From Octopus bimaculoides (lineage: Eukaryota): 64,000 nt of DNA. A program made the position numbers and the translations under genes. The notes below the pieces were generated by a model that was given only the letters and a program-made list of their open reading frames with translations, ran no database searches and had not been told where the DNA came from. Location of the stretch: the NCBI RefSeq assembly GCF_001194135.2, contig NC_068981.1, positions 100,630,348 through 100,694,347 on the forward strand, read 5' to 3'. Below, piece after piece: positions 52,690-64,000 of the stretch. Positions within the stretch are counted from its first letter, which is position 1; the number at the start of each line of letters is the position of its first letter.

Positions 52690-53100
52690 AAAATTGCTAC
52701 TAAATACCCAGTAAACAAAAGAGACAAAGAAACCCTTGGAGTTCCAAGATGCAACTGAAAATGTAGATTATGTCATATTGATGGAGCTGAAAACCTGGGG
52801 AGTCTATAAAGCTCAAGTAGACAAGTTCCATGCAAATTATGAAAATCACTGTTTGACAAAATCAGGAATGAAAAGATTCCCTAACATGAAGGTCTGCTTT
52901 CTAAGAGGGAAATCCTCATTGACAGAAATTTACATTGGTTGGAACGTGTACACAGCAATCCCCACACAACACCTTTACTCCCAATTATGCAAGGGTAAAA
53001 GAAACCAAGACTGAGATTCAAAGATACTGCAAAAAGGAACATGAAGTGGAAAGGAATTGATCATAATAAATGGCAAACTCTAGTGAAAAACTGATCAGTA
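52690..53100 (+). mobile_element. Older RTE/BovB-like LINE remnant (post-RT region)
   Basis: Frame-broken KTWGVYKAQVDKFHA...IPTQHLYSQLCKGKRNQ, resembling ETW...LPKQLLYSQL.EGKR. Distinct from the main RTE family here. Confidence 0.6.
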
Positions 53101-55912
53101 TGGAGAAAGCTTATCGAGTCATGCCAAAGCCATGAACAGCATAGTCATGACAACTGACTGCAGGAAGAGACATGCATACATATAGCATTGTGATCATCAT
53201 CATCATCTGATGTCATTGTACCATACTGGTATGGGTTGGATGGTTATGATTTGGCAGGATCTAATGGGTCTGAAGTCTGTATCAGGCTCCAAAGTCTGCA
53301 TTGGCATTTTTTCTATGGCTAGATGACCTTCTTAATGCCAACTACTTTATAGTGTGTACTGGGTGCTTTTTTTCATAGCACCAGCAATAGTGAGGTTATC
53401 ATCATACACTTTGCAAGACAAAGATCCTATGAAAGATTGTTGGTTGAGTGTTGTCATTGAAGTTGTATAAGTTGAATGTCGTGGGTCACCATTGTGACTT
53501 TTGGTTAACTGGGTCTAGATATGCTGGTATGATGTTAGGCTGCATGTTGTCCCAAAATAATACCAAATCCAAAGTTGTCTAAATAACATTCAGTCTTACA
53601 TAAGCATATTATGATATTTACATTTTTACATAGTTGCTTGCCAATAGTGTACAGTAATGTGCTGGAAGCAAATGTAGTTCATAGTAACATTAATAACAGA
53701 AAAGATTAACTTTGCATGAGATGAGAATGATGCTCTGTCCATCATAGTCAAAGATTCTTTTAATCCAGGGCTAAACTGAAACCAAGGAAACTTATCTATT
53801 TAAAGGGCTTGTTCTCCAAGTATTCTATGTTCACCTTTGATTTGTTTTTGACCAAGAATTAATTGGCTACTTATTTGTGTGGCAAGAGGTGAGGATATTA
53901 TGTTCATGGTACATGCTCGGAAAAGTGCAGTGATGACTAAGCAATTCTTTTAAGCTCAGGTCAAATAGCAACAAGTCTTCTGTGTTTGTCTATCTGCTTT
54001 GGAATCTTCTCTAACCTCTGTTGCATGCACTGGGGTCCTTTTCCATCTCTGGCTGTGCTTATATAACCCCTTTTTTGCATGGGAATAATTGAAACTTGAT
54101 AGAACATTCTATTTTCTGCAAGATAACTGGTTAATATTCAGAGCGCAATGCCTGACCTAAGTGTGGGCTAATCCTAGTTACTAAAGCTTTAAAGTATCAG
54201 TTCAAGGCCTTGCTACAATCCCCTTCAGCTGAGTGGGGTTACAGTAGAGAGGAAGGTGGCCATACGCAAGAAGATGAGGAGGTAAAGTTTGGAAGAAGGA
54301 CCAGAAGAGAACAGGTTTCTGGATACTCATAGAAGACAAGGTAGGAGTAACATGTATGTATTGTGGTGTATGTGTGTAATCAAATGTAAATAGGTGCAGG
54401 GGTGGCTGTGTGATAGGAAGTTTGCTTCTCAACCACGTGGTTCTGGGTTCAGTCCCACTGCATGGCATCTTGGGCAAGTGTCTTCCACTATAGTTTTGGG
54501 CTGACAAAGCCTTGTGAGTGAATTTGGTGTATGGAAACTGAAAGAAGCTCACTGTATATGTGTATGTGTATGTGGCTTTGTGCATGTGGTTGTCCCTCAC
54601 CATTGCTTGACAACTGGTGTTGGTGTGTTTATGTCCCCTGCAACTTAGCAGTTTGGGAAAAGAGATCGCTGGAATAAGTACCAAACTTTACAAAAAATAG
54701 TAAGTCCTGAGGTTGATAAGTTCAACTAAAATTTTTCAAGGCAGTGTCCCAGCATGGCTGCAGTCTAATGACTGAAACAAGAAAAGATAAAAGATAATAG
54801 TTGAACATTAGGTGCTTGTTCCTTTCTTGAGATAGATTTGGTGAAAATGAAATTCAGTGTAAAAGAAATTGTTAACAATTCTCTGTAATATAAAACATAT
54901 TTATTTCCAGACATTACATTGCTTTTTTTTTATATATATTTCCTGAACCAATAATTAATTACCATTTGCCAAACAAAACTTCAGTTTGGAAGTTTAGAGT
55001 ACGTTTAGCAGCATATGTTGAAATATTTGACTGGAGAACAGTTACAACAAATGTTTATAGTATGTGCATGTGACAGATTGACCAGATTGTTACCTAACAA
55101 GAGAACTCAGTTGTCATAGTGATGATTTTATTGCCTGCCACTATTAGCCATACACATGACAGCCTAGGGCTAGATATTTGCTCTCAACTACTGATGTGCA
55201 TCTCAGTCCAAATGTAGGTAGCAACTCTCTAACTGACCTCTCAGTATCTGTTTTTATATTTGAAGCTAACAGAATGAGTAATGAGAATAAAGCCAAGAAG
55301 AGTCAAGTTAACACTTCTGACTTATTGGAGAAAAGCTGGAAGGTACTAAAGAAAGCAACTTGCTTGTTTCTAAGGTAGATAAAAATCTAAATATTACAAA
55401 CACAAGTTGGTGAAAATACTACAATTTTTCTGTGAGTGGACTGAAAATTTGGAGTCAGAATCTGTTACAAAGATTCTAGAGAAGAACAGGAAGATAGTTA
55501 CTCCTCAATACAATGTCACAGCTAGAGTTTGTGCCAACTGACATGGTCCTTGAGTTTGCTAAATTGAAAAACAACTTATATTTAAAGCACTGTTCTCTTA
55601 ACAACCTTGCTAGACAGTGACTCATTACAAGTTGTAGAGGTTATTATTCATTTAGAATTAATTTCTTTTTCTCACAACTCAAGTTTCACATTGCTGAGAA
55701 CTGTTTTTCTTTCAGTTAATGCTCATTTTGTAAATACTGGAGTTGATTTATTCTTTAGTGTTTAGCTATTGTTCTTATTTACTGTTGTGTAATATCATTT
55801 TGCCATGCTATTTTTAGCATGTTTTATTTTGACATTTCTTGTCCACTAGCTCTATAATTTCAAGTTTCTCTGGAATAAAAAAATACAAAAATACTGTACA
55901 TTGAAAATCAAG

Positions 55913-55949
<37 letters not shown>

Positions 55950-55953
55950 TATG

Positions 55954-56277
55954 AAGGCACATGGCTCAGTGGTCAGGCTCACAATCATGAGGTAGTGAGT
56001 TTGATTCCTGGACAGGCTGTGAGCTGTGTTGTTGAACAAGACACTTATTTCATGTTGCACCAGTTCACTCACCTGTAGAAAAGAGTCATGACATCACTGG
56101 TGCCAAGCTGTATCAGCCTTCACCATTCTCTTGGATAACATCGGTAGCATGGAGAAGAGGTGGTTGGTATGCATAGGTGACCGCTGGTCTTCCATAAACA
56201 ACCTTGCCTGGACTTGTGCCTCAGAGGGTGACTTTCTAGGTGCAATCCCATGGTCATTCATGACCAAAGGAGGTCTT

Positions 56278-56280
<3 letters not shown>
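55954..56280 (+). mobile_element. tRNA-derived SINE (family D)
   Basis: Head gaaggcacatggctcagtgg...gagtttgattcc. Body matches minus-strand copies at ~25850-26180 and ~41780-41945. Confidence 0.7.
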
Positions 56281-56316
<36 letters not shown>

Positions 56317-56399
56317 TAGTTTAGCTCAAATATGTTTGTGACATATTTTAACTTCTAAAGGCAATTTCTCCTCAGTTTATTGCAGAGAAAAACATTCTA

Positions 56400-57450
56400 A
56401 TTTTTTTGTAAAGGTGTAAATACACAATTATCAGCTCAGTGGCACCCTCTCTTGGATCCCCAGCAGGTCCAAAAGTGAGTGCCATAATATGCAAATGATG
56501 CCGAACTCACCATGGTCTTGGAGACAATAAAGTTTGAGCTTTTCGAGGTGACTCTGATAATCAAGGCCTCCCATGCCATTCATACTTTTTTCTGATTGAT
56601 CTCTGAGATGCTTCTATTCTAATAATGATTTGTTTTGTGCAGGGAATCTATTGTAGGCAGCAGTATTCAAGGTGAGACCTGAAAATATAGAGAAGTAAAG
56701 CATGATGGTACCAGCATCTCTGGACTGGAAAGTTCCAAGGATTCTTGGGGACATTCTGTAAGCCATATTGACTTTATTGCTAATGTGTGCACTCCAGCTT
56801 AGGTTGTTTTCCAGTTACATCTCTGATATTATCTGAGACGTTCTATCAAGGGAAGATGGTATGGTTGTTTAAGTATGTTCTGTTTTACAAAGTGAATGAG
56901 CTCAAAACTTCCCTCAATTAGAAGCATGTTCTTTTTTTGTTTTGTTTTAAACAACCCATCAAATCACTATGCATAGATTGCATTGGAATTTTGTTCAGTT
57001 TTGATGATGTTTTGGATCTTAAAGTTATCTGCAAATATTTTTTTTCTTATTTAAATATGCTTGATGACATTTGCAATGTCATTTAGGTAAAAACTATAAA
57101 TGTAAGTGGGTCCAATGCAGTACCCTGGGGGATATTACTAATAACTTATAATGGTCTTGATTAAATACTGCTAATCAAAAAACACTTAATCCGATGTGGT
57201 AGTTTACCATGGACTCCAATATTCAGTAATTTCTTCAGCAGAATGCTGTGATGGATTCTGTCAAAAGCTTTACTGAAGTCAAATTAAATGACATCTGTAT
57301 TGGAGCCCTCTCCCAGAACATTTAGAATATCATCAAAGTGGTGCAGAAACTGTGTTAGGCAGTCTCAGCCACCAAAAAACAAAATGATTCTTACCGCGGG
57401 AGCTGGTTCTTAAAGCGTTTTACCCCCATCTCTTGTATGCTATGAAATAA
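56400..57450 (-). mobile_element. CR1/L2/Jockey-group LINE RT remnant
   Basis: Minus strand reads FDFSKAFDRIHHSIL, IPQGTALDPLTFIVF and FADNFK, which are degenerate RT motifs. Confidence 0.75.
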
Positions 57451-59653
57451 CAACTCCAATACAAATTAAGTAATCTAAAAAACTACAAACAACACACCAT
57501 GAACAATTCATAGTTTGTGATTTACAAGTGACAGAGTCTTAGTTATTACAATAGATCTAGTGCACCAAACTCATGAAGAAGTATAAATAATATACTATAC
57601 TTGTATTTGAACTGAATGTACAATACCAAGATCTTGACTTCCACCTCCACAACCAGTACAAGCACATTCACTTATATATCATGATTCAAGTCCACTCTTC
57701 TATACTCTTAATTTCTGAAGTGTTTAATCAACCTTGTAATATGAACAAGATTGAATTCAAAATTCTAACTTGTCTTGTGAATTAGGAGCTTGGATGAAAA
57801 ATTTTCCATTTATTCAAACTTAAGTCTTTAATTTCTACTTTTACAATGCTTAACATACTTCTTTTTAAACTCCAAGTTTTACTTGAGGATGCATAACTTT
57901 TAGCCTTTTTCAGTGATGTGTATATTCAAGAATGCATTGTATTCTTACTAAAGGAACATGTACTGTCAAGCATGTGTGTATATTTGTGTGTGTTTAGGAG
58001 AGTGTATGTAATTCTTAAATATGAGTAATTTTATAAGTTAAGCAGAAAAGGAAACATTATGACCATTTTCAATCCCTTCCAGACAGCACTAAAACTGATG
58101 CAGTGAATGCTCAACCCAAACATCTGCAGGAAACATTATGCAAGTGTACCTGTCTCACAACCTGAATGCACCTGTATGAATATATTTAGCTGTATGTAGG
58201 TGTGCATCTTTGGTTGAGTGGAAACTGAAAGAAGCTTGTTGTGTATACGTATGTGTGTGTTTTTCTCCTTGTCTTGATATTGAGTGATTGATGTAAATGA
58301 ATGGAATTCATTTCCAATATTCTGTGAAAATAAGTCTGAAAGTATTACCTTACTTGGAAGCAGGTAAGCATCTGGCCATAGAAACTCTGCCTCAGTTAAC
58401 TCTATCTGATCCATGCAAGCATGGAAAAGTGGCCATTAAAATGACAATAATGATGTTGATGATATACATGAATGTATTGATATTTGTGTGTGTGTTTTAA
58501 TATGTGATTATGTGTATACATGTAGAATAAGAAGTAGGAAAATTAGCAAAGTGCATGTCATAAATACTGATATATAAATCTGTCATAAATACCTTCCTGC
58601 TACTAAAATAAATCAATAATCTGAGTGGATTTTATGTATTCTCTGAAACTTTGTTTAATTCATGACAAGAAACAAATTAAGCCAGGAAGCAAAATGCATG
58701 TTTAACAATAGAAAGTTATATCAAGAAAATTTTTATATTTAATATATTTGTATATTACACTTCTATACAATAGTGATAAGTTTCTGGCAAGTTAAATCTG
58801 CAATGCAAGTTCTTTGATAAACTTCATGAGCAATATATCCTTCAGTATGATATATGATATACATAACACAGTGTGACAAAATTTTTATTTTTGTTTTTGG
58901 TAAGTGTTATTTCCTATTTGCTTCTATCTAGAAATCAAAAGAAATTACTACTATTCCCTTCAAACTTTGCTTTTGTGTCCTGGACATCAATGTTTTGAAA
59001 CTGATCTATTTTCCATTACATTTCACACAAATTGGCACTGGGTTGCTGAAACAGAAATATCATTATAGCAAACATTCTGCTCACTACCACAGATTCGTTT
59101 GTCAGTTGCTTGACCTTAACCACTTGAGCATGTCCCTTAGTGGCTGACAATATGTGCATCCCTGATTATGAGCAGGAGTAGTGGGGGAACATATAGCCTT
59201 GTGTTGAGAAGGATTCTTTGGGGTTTGAATAAATAACGAAAGCAAAGTTTGAAAGAAACATTAGACATTATCCCTACTTTCTAGGAAATAACAGTTGCTA
59301 CCCAAGGACAAAAATTGTGTTACAGTGTAACTGAGACAACTATAATGTAGATACACCTAGTTTTTAAAAGCTTCTGTGATGAAGATAAAAAGCAAATGTA
59401 GTGACATTAGTTTTTGTTTTTACAGCAAAATCTTGTATATTTTTGTATTATGTTTATCTACTTATATTTGTCACATTCTCTCATATATACACACATACTT
59501 TATTATTTTTAATCTGCAGGAAGTTACAAAAAGTGACTCAAGGGCCAACAAGATTTCATGTACTATTGAAAGATGCACTCTTGGTGGTGATCTAGTACTC
59601 ATGAAGGAGTGAAAAATAGGAAATAACTTAAAGAAGTTATTGATAAGGATTTA

Positions 59654-59870
59654 TTAACCCTTTTGTTACTGTATTTTGAGATGCTTTGTGTTTCTTCAAT
59701 TACTTTAAATATAACAAAGAATTTAGTAAAATAACTTAGTTATCATTCAGCTAGTGTTAGGAACATAAATTGTGAGTAAGGTTTGGTGGAAGATTTTAAT
59801 TCAAAACTTATGAAAACAAGACATTTGTACTCAGAGCCTGTTTCAGCTAGGTTGGTAACGAAAGGGTTAA
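59654..59870. mobile_element. piggyBac-type MITE (family P1)
   Basis: ttaa|ccctttt...aaaggg|ttaa. Near-identical to 9348-9575. Confidence 0.78.
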
Positions 59871-62172
59871 GATGAAGTGGCTGGCAAAGAAATTGTATTT
59901 GACACTTCACTTGTAATTAATATCCAATGTAAGTTTATGTCTACAATAAATATTGTTGTATTCAAATTATTATAATGCTAAAATGGCACAGAAAATTACC
60001 AACCAGTTTTACTTAATAAAGCCAGATTTGGTGTTTAATTTAGGGAAACCAATGATATTATCAGTGTTGAAATTGTGCATAAAATTAAAAGCAAACTTCT
60101 TGTTGGCATTAGTTCTGATCACTAAGAACTGTTTGATTATCCTGTTAACTAGGAACTTGGATGAATAGAAAATTTTCCATCTATTTGAATATCTAACTCT
60201 TTAATTTTTCATTCTGATTCTCTTTCAGAATGTCTATTTTTAAATATTTTCTTTCTGGGATTATAACTGTGACTTATAAAAAGGAAAGGATATTTATCTT
60301 CTAATCACCTGCAGATGAACTTTGGTAAAAGTCTAAAGCTGATAGGATTTATTGTGAAAATATATTCAATAAATATACAATAGAGCCTCCATTGGCAATG
60401 GTTAACAATACATCAGTACATGTATGCACAGAGTTGGGCAAGATTTTTGGAAGAAGATTGGTAGTTGTCAATGCATGCAGGTTTACCAGCTCCACAATAT
60501 TAATGTTTGTCCAAGTGAAAGGTTACAAACTTGGGCCAATACAGCTTGGGATCAGTGTTGTTGTAAGTATTACTGTCAGAATGTGAACAGCTGAAACAAG
60601 ATACCACAAAGTATCTTGGGATTGTTTCTGTTCGGTTGCACCTGTGGAAATTTTAAAGTTTAGTGAAAATTCTATAATCTGGCGCATCGATGTAATTTTC
60701 CATGCTGAATCTCAAGAGATAATTCACTTTTTCCAGAAATTTTTTTTTTAAATTTAAAGAGGTTTAAAGTTTGATAATTTTTATCTTGTCAGAAAACAGG
60801 ATTTGGAAGCTGTCATTGTGTGCATGACTGCACATATTGTCAACTGTAAACAAATAAAATATTGGTGGAATTCTGCTTTACACACATTATATAATCCCTC
60901 ATAACAAAAAATTTTGTGTGTAATTTAAGGCCTATTTAGCTGTTATTTTTAGCACACCTTATACCATATGTGTTTTAAGCATTTAATAAGTGACAAAAAG
61001 AACACATGGTAAGCAGCGTGGTTTGTTACCATGGAAACAGGCACCTATTACATCTGTGGTTTTCGATTGGCTAAAATTACTCAAAATTTGCAAATTTTAA
61101 AAGCTATTAACTCTTTAGTTATTGATTTATGGTGAAAATGAATTTCATGACAATGATTCCTTTACAAAACTAGAGCAATATGCCAAATATGAAATCAATT
61201 GGAACAAAAATTGAAGAACTTGCAAAGTGGCATCGAAACAGAAAAGATCTCTATCTTGCTCAACAACTAACTGTTTCACCAATCCACCAATGCACTGCCC
61301 CAGACTGGTGCATTTTTATCAACATTGAAATACAAAGTTGGCCTCAGTAGGATTTGAACTCAGTGTGCAGAGATTTGGAATGAACACTGCTAGACATTCT
61401 ACCTAACATTCTAGTGACTCTGCTGATTCGCTGCCTTCAATCTAGGATTCAAGTTTAATGTCAATTTTTTTTTTATCTACTGTAATGGCATTGAAGTTGT
61501 AAAGAGTGTGCAAATATCATGTAACTTTCCAGATGAGCAGACAGGGGGAAAAGTGTGAAGGACTTATAACTGTTTTCATTCAGCAGGTTATGATTTTGTA
61601 CCTAACATATCTTGACTGAGAAATTTTCACAATCATATGGATATTAAATAACCAAAGTAAAGCTTTATAATATTCTCAACTTATAGTTCTACCATACATG
61701 ACAAGGCTAATTTTTTTGCTCACAAAATAACTTAAGAGTGAAAGAACATTTTAAACTAAAATAAAATGTATTTGCTAGTGGATATTGAATTTACAAGTCT
61801 AATATTATCTTTATTTAAATATTATAACCAAGAGCACTTCAACCAGCTTCTTTGGAAAAAAAATCATGTATTGTATGAAGTTAGAAGAAGAAAATTCAAG
61901 AATTTAGAAACACTCCATGAATTTTAGATGTAAGTCATTGACAATCTCAAGATACATAATTTTATCCTCTTGCATACATAATGAATTGATCCTTTTGGTT
62001 TTATAAAAAAAAATCCTTAAAATGTTTTAGAATTTATAAAAGGCCAAAATCCAATGAAGACATTGAAGTTTAAGTTGAAAAATGTGTTGATGAAAATATA
62101 TGGAGAAATCTGTTGTCCAGTCACATTTAGATCATCTACTAAAACTGTGTTATTTTTCAAGTGTAAATAGAA

Positions 62173-62223
62173 TCATCCAGAACATCCCCGGCAACCGCAT
62201 AGTACACATTCCACAATCTTGCC
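62173..62223 (-). CDS. BUD31: BUD31 terminal coding exon
   Basis: aacacag|GGCAAG...GGATGA. Encodes GKIVECVLCGCRGCSG*, the conserved BUD31 C-terminus. Confidence 0.95.
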   Translation of the reverse strand, partial: GKIVECVLCGCRGCSG

Positions 62224-62699
62224 CTGTGTTGAAGAAAAAAAAATTTAGATTTTTCAGTGGGAAGATTAGACATTGATAAGGCAATTAATGATAAAATTAA
62301 ACATGATATTTAATTTTTCATGAAAACAATGCTATAAAAATAAAGCAATCCTCATTTGAAACTAATCTGGTAATATAAAAAGATAGCTGCTTTGATTAAC
62401 CTAAAACCAAAGCATTTCAACTCAGGTGCAGTTTAGTCAAAAACCTCCTTAATTTTATCCAATATATAGTAAACATATGAAAAGGTACACTTCTTTATAT
62501 ATATATTCTTTTACTTATTTCAGTCATCTGACTGTGGCCATGCTGAAGCACCACCTTGAAGGGTTTTAGTTGAAGAAATTGACAACATTCTTTGTAAGCC
62601 TAGTACTTATTCTATTGGTCTCTTTTGCCTGCTAAGTTACAGGGACATAAATACACCAGCATTGGTTATCAAACGATGGCATTGGGACAAATACAGACA

Positions 62700-62890
62700 C
62701 ATAAATATATACATTTCCCACCTGGCCCCTCTAAACTTCTCTTCACTCTTGATGCCAAGAGTCTATATACGGTGATCCCACACCACAAAGGATTTCTTGC
62801 CCTCAAACACTTCCTAGACCTTCAATCCAACCCCCAACCTGACACATCCACACTTCATCTGGCCGAACTTGTTCTCTTCCTCGACTGTTA
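62700..62890 (+). mobile_element. Penelope-like RT fragment in BUD31 intron
   Basis: LLFTLDAKSLYTVIPHHKGFLALKHFL matches the PLE RT motif D(V/A)xSLYTxIP. Confidence 0.72.
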
Positions 62891-63500
62891 GCTATGTTAA
62901 GGCCCAAATATTTTCATTTTAGTTGATTTATAAGCAGTATCTGTGAAGAGTACTCTCTATCAGAAAGTACTAAATCACAAATCTCAGCACAGTATTGAAA
63001 CTAGTCAGGCCGTCCACAAAGATATTGTATATAAAGTAAAGGTGTCTATATCTGCTGTATATAGAGTTGGTTAAAAATCTGTTGTTATATTCTGAAGTAC
63101 AGTATAGCATACTCAAGAGAGCAGTAACATTAATGAAAAAGAAAAGATAAGATTAATATAAATTTAATTGCTAGCCAATTAGTTTTAGTAGACAAATTGT
63201 TCATTTTATGAAATAATGTAATGCAACTTTTCTTTTTTTTTTAATTTTGCCTGCTTATGAACCTTTATGTAGTCATTCAGTCTGCTAGAAATAGCAGCCA
63301 AATCACCCTCATATTTCACCATACCAACTGTCTTTAAAAATCTGAAAGACACATTGGACAATGTAATCTTTGATATACAAAAAGATAGGATGGTCAAGGC
63401 TGGAATACCTTTGATTATAGGTCTGTTTGATCTAGGCTGATTTAACCAAGCACTGAATAGTTTTTATCAAATTTCAAGTTAAATTTGAAGATGTCCTTAC

Positions 63501-63667
63501 CTCTTCTAGTTTGCTTTTTGGAACACGGCAAATACAATTTGTCTGGAAATTAGTATCCCTGGTTTGAATACAACGCAAGCAACAAAGATTTTCATAGCCC
63601 TGTTTTTTCCATTTAGCTATCAAATTTTTATCTGCTATACCTTCTCGTAAGCAATATTCATAGAGTT
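63501..63667 (-). CDS. BUD31: BUD31 (G10) splicing factor, penultimate coding exon
   Basis: tttacag|AACTCTAT...GAAGAG|gtaagg. Encodes [56 protein letters not shown]. Earlier exons lie beyond the window. Confidence 0.96.
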
Positions 63668-63744
63668 CTGTAAAAAAAAAAAAAAAAAAAGACAAACAAT
63701 AATACACATTTAATAATCAATTCAAATTTAACAATATAGTTCGT

Positions 63745-64000
63745 ACACATGCGTCATACAGTCTGCCTTTTACTCTGAGTGAGAGTCCCTTTGTCACCAG
63801 CAGCGGTAAGAGCTCTCTAAACTTGGCCCAGGCTATTCTTATTCTAGCAGTTACACTTTCAGCGCACCCACCCCCACTACTAACTTGGTCACCCAGATAG
63901 CGGAAGCTATCAACTACCTCTAGTTTTTCTCCCTGGAATGAGATAGAAGTTGTTTCCTGTTTGTTTACAGTGTTTATTGCACCTGAACATCTGCCACATA
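63745..64000 (-). mobile_element. RTE LINE fragment in BUD31 intron (continues beyond window)
   Basis: Closely similar to 19141-19345 and to the reverse complement of ~5580-5830. Confidence 0.85.

Noticed and set aside
55178-55378. 66-aa ORF as an exon of a + strand gene divergent from DERL1
   Set aside because: No homology recognised and no in-phase partner exons found.
60392-60586. 64-aa ORF in relatively complex sequence
   Set aside because: No recognisable motif or convincing splice signals, and the minus frames contain stops.

Overview
AT-rich eukaryotic genomic scaffold with four N-gaps (15075-15223, 16248-16257, 18481-19013, 44561-44570). Dense microsatellites, tRNA-derived SINEs and RTE LINEs suggest an Octopus-type cephalopod (inference). 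Three spliced genes were reconstructed by hand with consistent splice phases. (1) The last 7 coding exons of a GH63/MGH1-like (yeast YMR196W-like) glycoside hydrolase on + (832-23394). (2) A complete 8-exon Derlin-1 on - (49665-33113, 251 aa). (3) The last two coding exons of BUD31 on - (63667-62173). The rest is TE debris: RTE, CR1, R4/Dong-like and Penelope-like retroelements, mariner and maT-like transposons, hAT- and piggyBac-type MITEs, and at least four SINE families. The best leads are an apparent ~280-aa in-frame E/R/K-rich insertion with an 8-aa tandem repeat inside the GH63 catalytic domain, a U12-type intron before a 27-nt Derlin-1 microexon, a perfect 55-bp palindrome enclosing TTAGGG repeats in Derlin-1 intron 1, ERSE/UPRE-like motifs around the Derlin-1 start, a 101-bp-arm hairpin, and a three-monomer modular minisatellite. 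All calls come from reading the sequence; no database search was run.
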